Below, piece after piece: positions 1 to 10,128 of a stretch of DNA of 64,000 nt; position 1 is the first letter of the stretch, and each line of letters opens with the position of its first letter. This stretch comes from an uncultured delta proteobacterium (lineage in GTDB: Bacteria > Desulfobacterota > Binatia > UBA9968). The DNA lies in contig CAVUZH010000002.1 of assembly GCA_963745835.1 (NCBI GenBank), positions 23,062-87,061 of the forward strand. The letters run 5' to 3'. The position numbers and the translations under genes were made by a program. The notes beneath the pieces are model-generated. The model did no database searches. It saw nothing but the letters and a program-made list of their open reading frames with translations, and was not told the origin of the DNA.

Positions 1-546
1 CGGACCAGCCATGACGATGCGGGCGCCGTAGCGCTTCTGCAAGGTTTCGGCGCCGCCGATGTGATCGCCGTGGGCGTGCGAGATGAGCACATATTTGATC
101 TGCGCCGGGTCGAGTCCGACTTTCTTCATGCCGCCGATGATCAACTCCTCCGAGTTATACGGATAGATCGTGTCGATCAAAATAATGCCGTCCCTGGTCG
201 TCAGCGCCCATGAGGAGTGCAGCTTACCGCCGACGAAATATAGATTATCGAAAACCTTGGCCGGCTCGGCGAACCAGGTCTCGCGTGGCGGGGCCTTGCT
301 GGGATCAGTGACATATGGCGGCGCAACGTCGGTCAGATTTTCTCCGCCGCTCTGCGGCAGCAAGCAGGTCCGCACCAGAGTGCCGAGAAATTCAAAGCCG
401 GCGGCGGTCTTCGCCGCTTGTAATGCGGCGTTGATTTCGGTTTCGAAATTTCTTTTGGTGGGAGTTTGTTGCGCAAATGGCTCGCCGATTCCGACCGCGA
501 GCAAAACGACCAGTGCGATAGCGGATCTTGGGTTAACTAGCTTCAT
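1..546 (-). CDS. Secreted metallo-beta-lactamase-fold hydrolase, subclass B3-like (3' end runs off the window)
   Basis: Absent from the ORF track because it is truncated. Manual translation from ATG 546 (RBS GGAGG) gives MKLVNPRSAIALVVLLAVG...EPAKVFDNLYFVG...IILIDT...IKYVLISHAHGDHIGG, with a signal peptide and the HxHxDH motif. Confidence 0.85.
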   Translation of the reverse strand, partial: MKLVNPRSAIALVVLLAVGIGEPFAQQTPTKRNFETEINAALQAAKTAAGFEFLGTLVRTCLLPQSGGENLTDVAPPYVTDPSKAPPRETWFAEPAKVFDNLYFVGGKLHSSWALTTRDGIILIDTIYPYNSEELIIGGMKKVGLDPAQIKYVLISHAHGDHIGGAETLQKRYGARIVMAGP

Positions 547-772
547 CGTGCCCTCCGCGTTACAAGATTGGCAACGGAGCTAATATTAGACAAGCCCAGC
601 CATTTGTCTATCGAATTATTCGTTTCTAGACTTAGCGCGCAGGAGATGGCAGATTCTGGCACTGGCTGGTATGCCGTATGCTTCAGTGAGCTGAGACCCG
701 AACCCAGCTTTCTTAGGCCGTGTTAGAAAGCGCCGAAAAGGTTTCAACCAACTCTTCTTAGCGAAGGAGGAA

Positions 773-1840
773 ATGCAAATGCGTGCAGCGCGAATGCATG
801 GTTATCGGCAGCCGCTTGTTCTCGAAGATGTCAAAGTTCCCGAAATAGCTGCCGATGAGGTCTTGCTGAAAGTAGCGGCGGCCGGAATGTGCCGGACCGA
901 CGCTCAGATGGTGGACGGCTACTTCGAGCCCTATCACCCGCTGACGTTTCCAATCACGCCCGGTCATGAGATCGCCGGCACTGTCGAAAAGTTAGGCAAC
1001 CTCGTGCCTAAAACGTCTGCACTGATCGAGGGCGATCAGGTGGTCGTCGTCGGAGGTATGGGCGACGGGACCTGTCGCCTCTGCCAAGCGGGCAACACAC
1101 AGATTTGCGGGCACGGAAGTTGGCCGGGATTCGGCCCGCCCGGCGGTTATGGGGAGTTCGTCCCGGTCCCGTACCAGTACCTCATCCGCGTCGACAAAAA
1201 ATACAATCTGAAAGCCGAAGAGTTGGCGCCGCTCACAGATGCGGGACTCACGCCGTACAGAGGCATCAAGAAATTGCGCGACGCCGGCGCGCTTGGGCCG
1301 GACAGGGTTCTGGCGGTCATCGGCATCGGCGGTCTGGGAGCTTATGCCGTCCAGTACGCGAAGCTGTTTTCGTCCGGGGCGACGGTCGTGGCGTTCGGAA
1401 GAAATGACGAGAAGCTGGCGGTCGCCAAAGAATACGGCGCGGATCACGTGATCAACATCAAAGGGAAATCTATCGACGACATCCGGGCACAGTTGAACAA
1501 AGCCACCGGCCACAAAGAGATCGACGGCGCGGTGGACTGCGTCGGCGCCGAAGAAACCATTCAGATGGGATTCAACCTGCTCGCCACCGCGGGCACGTAC
1601 TGCTCGGTCGGGCTGGTCGGGACGCGCATCAACATTCCACTCTTCCCGTTCGTCGCCCGCGAGTTTACGTACCACGGTTCCTTCTGGGGCAACTACAACG
1701 ACCTGAGCGAAGTCATCGCGCTGGCCCAACAGGGAAAGATCAAGCACACACTGAAGAGAGTCAGGTTCGACGACATCAACGAGGCTTTGGAACAGCTGCG
1801 CGACGGCGACGTCATCGGACGCGCTGTCGTTACTTTCTAA
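773..1840 (+). CDS. Zn-dependent NAD(P)-dependent alcohol dehydrogenase (MDR family)
   Basis: GMCRTD, GHEIAG, structural Zn site DGTCRLCQAGNTQIC, Rossmann GIGGLG, and RBS AGGAGG. Confidence 0.93.
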   Translation: MQMRAARMHGYRQPLVLEDVKVPEIAADEVLLKVAAAGMCRTDAQMVDGYFEPYHPLTFPITPGHEIAGTVEKLGNLVPKTSALIEGDQVVVVGGMGDGTCRLCQAGNTQICGHGSWPGFGPPGGYGEFVPVPYQYLIRVDKKYNLKAEELAPLTDAGLTPYRGIKKLRDAGALGPDRVLAVIGIGGLGAYAVQYAKLFSSGATVVAFGRNDEKLAVAKEYGADHVINIKGKSIDDIRAQLNKATGHKEIDGAVDCVGAEETIQMGFNLLATAGTYCSVGLVGTRINIPLFPFVAREFTYHGSFWGNYNDLSEVIALAQQGKIKHTLKRVRFDDINEALEQLRDGDVIGRAVVTF

Positions 1841-2162
1841 CCACACTCAAGATGACGGTCGGTTATGAAGTTGAGAGAGTCATCGCAGCGCTGGTCGTGT
1901 TTTCAAAAAATCGTCATTGGATTCTTCTCCGTGACGATGAACAACAAAAGTAAAAATCTGTCTCGACTCCAAACGGTGCAGTGTGATTTGATTTAGAATT
2001 GTGACTTGCGGTATGTAGCGAAGCTGGGCGGATTTTCGACAAGGCATCGGCAAAGGCAAAGCAGTTGCTTCAGGCGACTTGGCTGTGCGTGACCCGGTTG
2101 TTCCGGATCATGTCAGTTGGAGCGGGATAAGAGACCCGCCAATGCACCAGAAAGGAACACTT

Positions 2163-3197
2163 ATGTACCGCAAACCGAGATACCTGTTGGCCAGCTTGAT
2201 TATCGCTTTCTGCATCACGGGAATTGCCTGGGGAGCTGCCGACGAAGGATTCTACAAAGGAAAGACGCTTCGTTTGATCGTAGCTTTTGCCCCTGGCGGA
2301 GGTTTCGACACATACAGTCGGGCCATCGGCCGGCACATGAGCAAACACATTCCCGGCAATCCATCGGTTATAGTTGAGAATATGACCGGCGCCGGTGGCT
2401 TCATTCATGCCAATTACATGTATCGACAGGCCAAGCCCGACGGTCTCACCCTCGGCAATAACATCGGCGGCTTGATCCTGCAGCAGATAATGGGAGCAAA
2501 GGGAGCCGATTTCGACGGCAAAAACTTCGAGTTCATCGGGGCGCCGTCCATCGACAATCCGGTTTGCGTGCTGACCAAGGCCAGCGGCATCACCAGCGTG
2601 GATCAATGGTTTGCCGCGAAGCAGCCCGTGAAGCTGGGGGGAGTTGGCGCGGGCGGCACGGCTTCCGATGTCGCCAGGGCCGTCGGGGCGGCACTGAAGC
2701 TGCCAATCCGAGTCGTCGAACCGTATAAAGGCACGGCTGAAATCAAGTTGTCTGCCGAAAGCGGGGAGCTGGATGGAGGTTGTTGGGCTTGGGAGTCAAT
2801 GAAGACGATGTGGCCGGGCGCGCTGAAAGAAGGGGACGTGAAGGTTGTTCTCATGGTGATGCCAAAAAAACATCCTGAGCTTCCCAATGTTCCGCTCGCT
2901 ATCGATTACGCCAAAACTGACGACGCGCGGCGCATTTTGAAGTACGCCGTTCACGATATCGCCACGCTTACGCGCATCTATTTCGTACCGCCGGCAACGC
3001 CAAAGGATCGCGTAGAAACATTGCGCAAAGCTTTCGCCGACACGCTGAAGGATCCAGAGTTTCTCGCTGACGCGAAGAAGTCGAAACTGGACATCGAAGC
3101 AGTGACCGGCGAAGAGTTGCAAAAGCTTGTGCAGGATCTCTACAAAATCGATCCGTCAACGCTAGCAAGACTCAAAGAGGTGCTGTTGCCGAAGTAA
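2163..3197 (+). CDS. Tripartite tricarboxylate transporter (Bug/TctC) substrate-binding protein
   Basis: APGGGFDTYSR, ENMTGAGG and AKPDGLT motifs plus a signal peptide. Start chosen by RBS AAAGGA. Confidence 0.9.
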   Translation: MYRKPRYLLASLIIAFCITGIAWGAADEGFYKGKTLRLIVAFAPGGGFDTYSRAIGRHMSKHIPGNPSVIVENMTGAGGFIHANYMYRQAKPDGLTLGNNIGGLILQQIMGAKGADFDGKNFEFIGAPSIDNPVCVLTKASGITSVDQWFAAKQPVKLGGVGAGGTASDVARAVGAALKLPIRVVEPYKGTAEIKLSAESGELDGGCWAWESMKTMWPGALKEGDVKVVLMVMPKKHPELPNVPLAIDYAKTDDARRILKYAVHDIATLTRIYFVPPATPKDRVETLRKAFADTLKDPEFLADAKKSKLDIEAVTGEELQKLVQDLYKIDPSTLARLKEVLLPK

Positions 3198-3223
3198 CGA
3201 CCGTACGCGGCCGCATGAGCAGT

Positions 3224-3255
3224 CGTTTTCGGAACTGCCCGAAGCGCTTTTTTTT
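3224..3255 (+). terminator. Probable intrinsic terminator
   Basis: CGTTTTCGG-AACTGC-CCGAAGCG stem followed by an 8-T run, about 30 nt after the TTT gene stop. Confidence 0.5.
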
Positions 3256-3344
3256 CAATATCTGGCCAGCGCGCATCGCATCAACGTTCAACGCAATCAC
3301 GGCGTGAGACACTACTAACGCCATGCCGTCGAATGTTCGAGCTG

Positions 3345-3447
3345 ACGCAGCACCGGCACGAGTTCAACTGTCGTCGGCGCGCTTACAACTGCTTTCAAAC
3401 CCTTCGGCACAGAGGCCCTGTACATCCGCATCCTGGTGGTAGCGACC
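3345..3447 (-). pseudogene. Decayed copy of the small GLCAEGRWE gene at 5506-5691
   Basis: Shares GCACAGAGGCCCTG, GCATCCT and TCAACTGT blocks, in the same order, with about 5540-5641, but with indels and no open frame. Confidence 0.6.
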
Positions 3448-3515
3448 TTCGTTGGACAAAAACCCGACTCCTACGATCGTCCCCACTCGCTTCCGATGAA
3501 ATTTGAAACGCATTG

Positions 3516-4379
3516 CTAGTGCTTTGCCAGCACTACCAGGATCGTTCCCGTCACGGTGAGCAGCGCGCCGATGATGACCCGTAGATTGATGGCTTCCAGA
3601 TCTCTAAGAAAGATGGCCGTAAACAGTAGAGTCAGCACCGGATTGGAACTGACCAGGGGCTCGACGATGACGACTTTGCCATGACTGAGAGCGTAAAACA
3701 CCGAGAGTGTCGCCGCGGTATTGAACAGCGCCGCGGTGAAAAGCCAACCTGCGCTACGGCGCGTGAGCTTTAACGCCGATTTGCCGCCGCGAACCTGCAG
3801 CAAAACAAACGAGAAGAGCGCCGCCGAGCCCGCCGTGATCGCGGCCGCGAGCACCGGGATCGGAACGTAGTCCAGACCGGCCTTGCGCAAAATCGCCGAG
3901 GCGCCGAAAGCGCTGGCGCCGATCAAGGGATAGATTACATCCAGCTTACGCCACGGGCCTTGCGCGGGCTTGGACACCGACAGCGAAATGACGCCGCTGA
4001 TCACCAGCAGCGTTCCGACGATGTTCTGCGGCACCCAGACTTCGGCGAGAAAGATTACCGCGAAGATCGAGGCAAAGATCGGGGATGAATTGGCGACGGG
4101 CACCGAGCGCGCCACGCCGATCTTCTCGATTCCCACATAGCTCATAGTCCGGCCGATGCCGGGAGCGAAAATGCCGGCCGCTACAAAGATCAGCGACACC
4201 GGCGTCCACAGAGCCGAGAAGGGCGCAAAAAAGGGAAACATGAGCCAGAGCACCGCCGCCGTCATCGACAACGAGATGAACGAGCCGGTCATCGCGTTGG
4301 ATTCGACCAAGCCGCGCCGGATGAAGATATGCGCGATAGAGAAGAAGAGCGCCGCCTGAAACGAGAAGTAAATATCCAT
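3516..4379 (-). CDS. DMT/EamA-family transporter
   Basis: About 10 hydrophobic segments in two EamA repeats (IGVARSVPVANSSPIFA; KVVIVEPLVSSNP). Confidence 0.9.
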   Translation of the reverse strand: MDIYFSFQAALFFSIAHIFIRRGLVESNAMTGSFISLSMTAAVLWLMFPFFAPFSALWTPVSLIFVAAGIFAPGIGRTMSYVGIEKIGVARSVPVANSSPIFASIFAVIFLAEVWVPQNIVGTLLVISGVISLSVSKPAQGPWRKLDVIYPLIGASAFGASAILRKAGLDYVPIPVLAAAITAGSAALFSFVLLQVRGGKSALKLTRRSAGWLFTAALFNTAATLSVFYALSHGKVVIVEPLVSSNPVLTLLFTAIFLRDLEAINLRVIIGALLTVTGTILVVLAKH

Positions 4380-4382
4380 GGG

Positions 4383-5246
4383 TTATTTTGCGGTGACCAC
4401 CAGCACGGTGCCGGTGATGATGATGACGGCGCCGAAAATATCGCGGGGCGTCAGTTGCTCCAGGCCGCGAAAGAACAAAGCGCTCCAGAGAATCGTCAGC
4501 ACCGGATTGCACGCGACCAGCGGTTCCACCCGAACGACCTTGCCGAGATTGAGCGCGGAGAAAAACGAAAGAATCGCGCCCATGTTCACCAGGGCCGCGG
4601 CGAAGAGCCATACGGTGCCGCGCCGCTCGAATTTGAGCGCGCTTTGCCCGCTGCGAAAGCCGACGATGAGCAGGAAAAATAAAAAAGCCGAGCCGACTGT
4701 CACCGCCGCGGCGAGAAGCGGGTCGGGCACCTCGACCAGGCCGCGCTTGCGAAGCAGGGTGGAGATGCCGAACGCGACCGCCCCGAGGATCGGGAAAACG
4801 ATGTCCTTTCTGCGCCAGTCCGTAGCAACCGATCCTCGGGCGGAGGAGAGTACGGCAATGCCAGCGATCACGAGGCACGTCCCCAGAATGTTTTGCGCCA
4901 GCCATAGTTCGCCCAGAAGCAACACCGCAAACATGGACGAAAAGATCGGTGAAGTGTTGACGATGGCCGAGGCGCGCGCCACGCCGATGCGCTCCATGCC
5001 GATGTAGCCCAGAGTCTGGCCGATGGCGGGCGCAAACAGGCCGGCGGCGGCGAAATAGCCCGTCGCGGAATTCTTCAGCAGGCCGAGCGGGGCAAATAAA
5101 ACTGCGAGAATCCAGAATCCCGTAGCGCTGGTGCCGAGGGAGATCAGCGAGCCGGTAAGAGCGTTGGAATGAACCAGGCCGCGGCGCACAAAGATATGAG
5201 CGACCGAAAAGCAGAATGCGGCCTGCAGCGCGTAGTATTCAGCCAT
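4383..5246 (-). CDS. DMT/EamA-family transporter (tandem paralog)
   Basis: Same length (287 aa) and the same motifs as its neighbour, with a 3-nt gap. Confidence 0.9.
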   Translation of the reverse strand: MAEYYALQAAFCFSVAHIFVRRGLVHSNALTGSLISLGTSATGFWILAVLFAPLGLLKNSATGYFAAAGLFAPAIGQTLGYIGMERIGVARASAIVNTSPIFSSMFAVLLLGELWLAQNILGTCLVIAGIAVLSSARGSVATDWRRKDIVFPILGAVAFGISTLLRKRGLVEVPDPLLAAAVTVGSAFLFFLLIVGFRSGQSALKFERRGTVWLFAAALVNMGAILSFFSALNLGKVVRVEPLVACNPVLTILWSALFFRGLEQLTPRDIFGAVIIITGTVLVVTAK

Positions 5247-5505
5247 GGTGTCCGGGCAAGAAAATGGCCGCTTCAGTGAGGCCCGCTGACGGCAGATTCA
5301 CGCGGACGGCGGCAGCCATACATCCTCGTGCTGATTCCAAACCGCTCCGCGCTCCGACCATGCGCGGCTGCGCGCCGTGTGCTTAGGAGAACCCGTAGCA
5401 TCAGATTTATAATGAAACATGCAGTTCATTCGCCATCCCAAACCGTCACGTGCAACGCATGTTAGTGTCGATCCGCGCTAATCATCGGCACGCTACATAG
5501 GCAGA

Positions 5506-5691
5506 TCAATCTGCTGGCGGCTGTTGAAACTCACGCACGAGCGGCGCGAGGTCAACTGTTCTCAGCGCGTCAACGGCGGCTTCCCAACGCCCCTCCGCAC
5601 AGAGGCCCTGCATGCCGGCATCCTCGTATGCTTGAACGACCGCGTCGAGGCATACCTCTCGAATGCGTTTGGCGAGATCTTCTAGGTCCAT
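5506..5691 (-). CDS. Small conserved hypothetical protein (AYEDAGxxGLCAEGRWE motif)
   Basis: 61 aa, RBS GGGAG, recognisable conserved motif. Function unknown. Confidence 0.7.
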   Translation of the reverse strand: MDLEDLAKRIREVCLDAVVQAYEDAGMQGLCAEGRWEAAVDALRTVDLAPLVREFQQPPAD

Positions 5692-5898
5692 ATAGCTCCC
5701 ACAGAACAGGTTCGATTAGAAGGATGGTATTTTTCAATCCGCTACGAGGTCGGGCATGAGTAATTCACTTATTGCGTCTGACTGACAGTTGCTGCATCGA
5801 GAATTGTTTCTCCGGCTTTCGGGGCTTATTCTTCCTCGATGTCGGAGTTTAGACATTTTGCGCCGGTGTTCCGATATCCTCACGGCCGGCCACAGGGC

Positions 5899-6162
5899 TT
5901 AGCTAACAATCCGCCGGTAAAATTCACGCCGCTGTCCTATACCTACGATCAGCAGCGCCCTTCCTTTAACTTGGTACAGAGTCCGATAATCCCGCACATG
6001 CAAGCGGTAGATCTGCTCGTCGCCTGCCAACTTCTTAATGCCTGCCGGATACGGATTTTGAGCCAGAGCGTCGATTCGTCGAGCAATCCTTTTTCGGAGC
6101 GATCCATCCAGCGCTCTAAAATCTCGTTCGGCTCGCGGCGCGAACTCCATGCGCAATGCCAA
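5899..6162 (-). CDS. relE: Type II toxin, RelE/ParE family
   Basis: 87 aa and basic: EFAPRAERDF..IDALAQNPYP..KKLAG..YRLHVRDYR..IGQRREFY. Its start abuts the antitoxin stop. Confidence 0.85.
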   Translation of the reverse strand: MALRMEFAPRAERDFRALDGSLRKRIARRIDALAQNPYPAGIKKLAGDEQIYRLHVRDYRTLYQVKGRALLIVGIGQRREFYRRIVS

Positions 6163-6417
6163 TCAGATGCCCAAGTCTTTCTTGATCCTATCCCATGATT
6201 TAGTGCCTTTTCTTTTGGCTTCGGACAGCGCTTCCCGCGCCTCTTCCAGGTCGATCTTATCTTCCAAAGCTTCCAACAATTTTACGTCTTCGATAGGGAC
6301 GACCTGCGACAATCTCCTTGCCCCGGCGCGTCAGCGTAACTCGCTCTTTGGCGAAAGCCGCCCGATTGATGATTTCAGAAAACTGAGCCCGGGCGTCTAC
6401 TGTGTTCACTTGTCCAT
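6163..6417 (-). CDS. Type II antitoxin, Phd/YefM family (apparent frameshifts near 6414 and 6303)
   Basis: VNTVDARAQFSEIINRAAFAKERVTLTRRGKEIVA, then after removing one base VVPIEDVKLLEALEDKIDLEEAREALSEAKRKGTKSWDRIKKDLGI*. ATG 6417 has an RBS but is out of frame; GTG 6409 is in frame. Confidence 0.8.
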
Positions 6418-6628
6418 AGCCGTGACCCTCCGCGTTTGCCCCAAATGTACATTTGAGCGAGACCGCCTTCAAATGCCGCATAAGAATTTCGGAAACGGAG
6501 GTTCGCAAGGTCAGATGAGTTATTGACTCGGCTTTATCCAGTTTCTGCCTCTACAGCAAATTTTTTTTCTTTCTGTGGTGATTTCCGCGTTGATCTGGCA
6601 TAGCTGTGGAGATCGCGCTGCTCCCAAC

Positions 6629-7843
6629 ATGCCTCTCTCCCGCAACATAGTTCTGCTCCTCTGCGCCGGCGTTGTGACGATGACATCGATCGGCATGAAT
6701 TCGTTCAGCCTGTTTCTTAGACCCATCGAGGCGGAATTCGGCTGGTCGCGGACCATTGCCACGGTGCCGTACATGTTCGGCATGCTCGGCTGGGGAGTCG
6801 GCGGCGTCTTCTTTGGTAAACTGGCCGACGATCTGGGCGCCCGCCGGGTCATTCTTACCGGGATTCTTCTGATGGCGGCAGGTTTTTTCGGCATGGGCCT
6901 TTCGCAAAACTTGTGGCAACTGTCGCTCTCGTACGGGATTCTGGTCGGGCTGGCGAAGGGAGCGGCCGGACTCGTGATCATCTCCCTCCTGGTCGCCAAG
7001 CACTACCAGGCTAATCGTCGAGGGCTCGCTGTTAGTGTCATACAGACGGCCTCGCCGCTGAGCCCGGTGTTCTTTTCCCCGCTGCTTTACTTCTTGATCG
7101 AGAGGTTCGATTGGCGCGCTGCCGCTTTGGCCAGCGGTGTCTTGCTGTTGGCGGTGGCTTTTCCACTCGGCTGGTTCGGCGCGCGCGACCCGAATGATGT
7201 TGCGACCGCCCGGCGGGAGCGCGCAAGTTGGGCAAGCTGTCTTCCTTACCTGCGCGATCGTTCGATGATCTTGCTGTTCGCCGCGCGATTTTCCTGCGGC
7301 GTAGGTTTGTTTCAGACCGTGCATCTTGTGGCGATCGCGCTGAGCAAAGGTTTCGATGCCGCGACCGGAGCTTTCGCTGTCGGCGTTTTTGGCGCAGCGG
7401 CGGCGCTGTCGGCGCTGTTTTTTGGTTGGCTCTCGGACCGCTATGGCCGGGCGCAAGTGCTCGCTCTCACTTATCTCGTGCGCGGCTTGGGCACACTGGT
7501 ATTTGCCCTTGATATGCCCAACGAGCTTTTCTTCTACGCCGTTGTGGCACTCGCAATGGGGCCCACCTTCGGCACGATCGCGGTTCAGAATGTGATGTTC
7601 TACGAGATTGTCGGACCGAGGATGGCCGGAGTCATCCTGGGGATAAGTTTCATCGTCCACCAGATCGGCTCCGCCGGAGGTCCGATGCTGGCGAGCCTGG
7701 CCTTCGACATGACCGGCAGCTACGACGGGTTCATGATTATCATGGGCGTTATTCTCTTGCTCTCCGCGGCGCTTGTCTACAACACAGTTTCAGGGAAGCC
7801 GATCGCCGCAGCCGCTCCTAGCATGAGCGAAGCGCGCACGTGA
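6629..7843 (+). CDS. MFS transporter
   Basis: About 12 TM segments; motif A GKLADDLGARR and GWLSDRYGRAQ. Confidence 0.9.
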   Translation: MPLSRNIVLLLCAGVVTMTSIGMNSFSLFLRPIEAEFGWSRTIATVPYMFGMLGWGVGGVFFGKLADDLGARRVILTGILLMAAGFFGMGLSQNLWQLSLSYGILVGLAKGAAGLVIISLLVAKHYQANRRGLAVSVIQTASPLSPVFFSPLLYFLIERFDWRAAALASGVLLLAVAFPLGWFGARDPNDVATARRERASWASCLPYLRDRSMILLFAARFSCGVGLFQTVHLVAIALSKGFDAATGAFAVGVFGAAAALSALFFGWLSDRYGRAQVLALTYLVRGLGTLVFALDMPNELFFYAVVALAMGPTFGTIAVQNVMFYEIVGPRMAGVILGISFIVHQIGSAGGPMLASLAFDMTGSYDGFMIIMGVILLLSAALVYNTVSGKPIAAAAPSMSEART

Positions 7844-8177
7844 ACCGCCAAATCCAAGAGAGCGCGCAAAACAAGATTACGAATGTCGGCGGGGAATCCT
7901 GGGTGTGTGTGGATTCGTTAGGATAGACTTCAGAGTGCGCAAGCGTTTGCCGGACTAATACTGAGCAGGATAGAATCGGGGTACATATATTGTCCCGGAA
8001 TTTCCCCACCCGGTTAGCGCCCAGAGTTTAGAGTCCACAGTCGCAGTTGTCGGATCGACAAAGCACGCTGAACGGGTGGACCAAGAGTGGATCTGTGCGA
8101 TGCGCCTAGTTTGAGCCTTTGCGCAAGCCGGAGGTTTGCGAGATCGAGATCGCGCTGAGACTGCCGCGCGAGAATGC

Positions 8178-8879
8178 TCACCCAGCCATTCTGGACGGAT
8201 TTTTCCGAAAGTGATTTTTCACCTCCTCCAAGTGCATGACATCGGCATACTTGTGATGCAAATCGAACAGGTTGAGCTTGTGTGTTAGCAGACTTCGGTC
8301 AAAGCAGCATTCTTCCACGACCACGACGTGATAACCGTAGGAGTAGGCTTCTACCACCGAGGCGCGCACACATCCGCTCGTGCTCTCGCCGCAGACGATC
8401 AAGCTGTCGATCCCGAGGCGGGTGAGATTTGTAACCAGAGCGGTGCCGAAGAACGCGCTCGCCCGCTGCTTGTAGATTACCAGGTCGCCCGGCTGAGGCT
8501 TGAAGTCCTCGCGGATGTCGAAGGCTTCCTTTTCGCCCCGGAACTTGTGCTTAGTCGCATAGACTCCCGCCGGATTCACTTCGTCGCGCGTCTCGCTGGT
8601 CGTGTAGATCACGGGCAGGGGTTGGGCCCGCGCCAAGGCGATCAGTTCCTGGATCGGCTTGATCGCGTTGTGGGCGTAGAGGCCGCACGATTTCTTGTGC
8701 TCTTTCACAACCTCCTGCACGGGCGTCGGGCCGCCTTCGAAAACGAGGTTGTAAAGATCGATGGCGAGCAGGGCAGGATTTCGCCCGACGTGGGTTTCCC
8801 GGTTATAGGAGCTGTACACCTCGTGCATCTCCTCGTCCATCACATCCTTCCAGCAATGATCCTCGAATGTCTTGTTCAT
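8178..8879 (-). CDS. Isochorismatase-family cysteine hydrolase (N-carbamoylsarcosine amidase/maleamate amidohydrolase-like)
   Basis: Catalytic triad motifs AIDLYN, YKQRASAFFGT and GESTSGCVRAS. Confidence 0.9.
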   Translation of the reverse strand: MNKTFEDHCWKDVMDEEMHEVYSSYNRETHVGRNPALLAIDLYNLVFEGGPTPVQEVVKEHKKSCGLYAHNAIKPIQELIALARAQPLPVIYTTSETRDEVNPAGVYATKHKFRGEKEAFDIREDFKPQPGDLVIYKQRASAFFGTALVTNLTRLGIDSLIVCGESTSGCVRASVVEAYSYGYHVVVVEECCFDRSLLTHKLNLFDLHHKYADVMHLEEVKNHFRKNPSRMAG

Positions 8880-8897
8880 CGCGCTCGTCCTCCATTG

Positions 8898-9980
8898 TTA
8901 TTGGAGAAGCTTCTCCAGACGCTTGACCATCTGCGGCGAAGTTCCCATCACCTCGCGCGCCAAACGCTCCAATTCAACGCCGTTTTTCGGATTTACATCG
9001 AGGCTCAGTTTGCGCGCCTCCATGAGGAACTCGGGATCTTTCATCGTTTTCGAAAAAGAGTTCCGCAGAAGCTCCAGGCGATCCTCCGGTATTCCCGGTG
9101 GCGCTACAAACGGCCGGCCGAAATCCGGGGCTGCCAAGACCACGTTCATTAGCTCGAGGTCCTCTTTGCCGATCTGTTGTTTTTGCGCGACCTCCCAAAC
9201 CGTCGGCACATCCGGCAACGCGGCATCTCTTTGTCTGCCGCTATGAACCAGCACCCGAATGAAGCCGCTCTTGACCCATGTTTTCAACGGCTCTGCGCTG
9301 AGAAGCGTGGTTACGCTAATTGCACGGCAGACTGCCTCGCCCCTTTCGATGGCCAGGTTCATGGCTCCCGAACCTTGGTAACCCAACACCTGCTTGAACT
9401 TTGCCCCGAACACCTCGGTAAGAAGCCGGACGAACGCATAGTTTGACGATCCGGCGGCGCTGTCGGCGCATACCACGGGCTCCCGCGCCGCTTTGATGTC
9501 ATCCAAGCTGCGATAGCCGGAATCGCTTCGAACAAAAAGGCTGGTGACGTTAGGTTGGTCGGTGCCGATCCAGCTGAATTTCACCCAGTCGAATTTGATT
9601 TCCGGTTTGCCGAGAAGCTGCGCCTGATAGAGGCCCCCAGCGATCAGACCAACGGCGAGCCCATCGGGCTTGGCCACGCTGTAGATATAATTTGCCGCAA
9701 TCGCTCCAGCCGCGCCGGGCATATTCTGAACGACGACCTGCGGATTTCCGGGAATCTGTTTTGGCAGGTGACGAGCCACCAGCCTGGCCAGTAGATCGCT
9801 GCCGCCCCCAGCCGTTCCATAATCAACGATGCGAATGGTCTTGTCTTCGTAAAACGGACGGACTTGAGCCCGGGCGTCGCTGGTTTTCAAAATCCCCCAG
9901 ATGGCGACACAGCAGAGGGGTAGCATCCACTTGCGCGCTCCTTTGATTTTCGCCATGAGCGCTGGCTCCACATTTTCCAT
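8898..9980 (-). CDS. TTT (Bug/TctC) substrate-binding protein
   Basis: TAGGGSDLLAR, QNMPGAAG, AKPDG and GRPFVAPPG motifs. Exact start uncertain. Confidence 0.88.
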   Translation of the reverse strand: MENVEPALMAKIKGARKWMLPLCCVAIWGILKTSDARAQVRPFYEDKTIRIVDYGTAGGGSDLLARLVARHLPKQIPGNPQVVVQNMPGAAGAIAANYIYSVAKPDGLAVGLIAGGLYQAQLLGKPEIKFDWVKFSWIGTDQPNVTSLFVRSDSGYRSLDDIKAAREPVVCADSAAGSSNYAFVRLLTEVFGAKFKQVLGYQGSGAMNLAIERGEAVCRAISVTTLLSAEPLKTWVKSGFIRVLVHSGRQRDAALPDVPTVWEVAQKQQIGKEDLELMNVVLAAPDFGRPFVAPPGIPEDRLELLRNSFSKTMKDPEFLMEARKLSLDVNPKNGVELERLAREVMGTSPQMVKRLEKLLQ

Positions 9981-10128
9981 GCGCTGATTTCTGACACAAA
10001 CCCCTAAGAATTGAAAGTTTCGCCGATCCGCGCGCAGCCGCTTGCGCCGGACCTACGGGTCGGAATAGGCTCGATCAGTAATCCATCTTTGAAGGAAAAA
10101 ACCTTTTCATCAAATTCGGAGGACCGCC

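Noticed and set aside
5250-5500. Riboswitch in the leader of the EamA pair
   Set aside because: It is GC-rich and foldable, but no known aptamer consensus was recognised.
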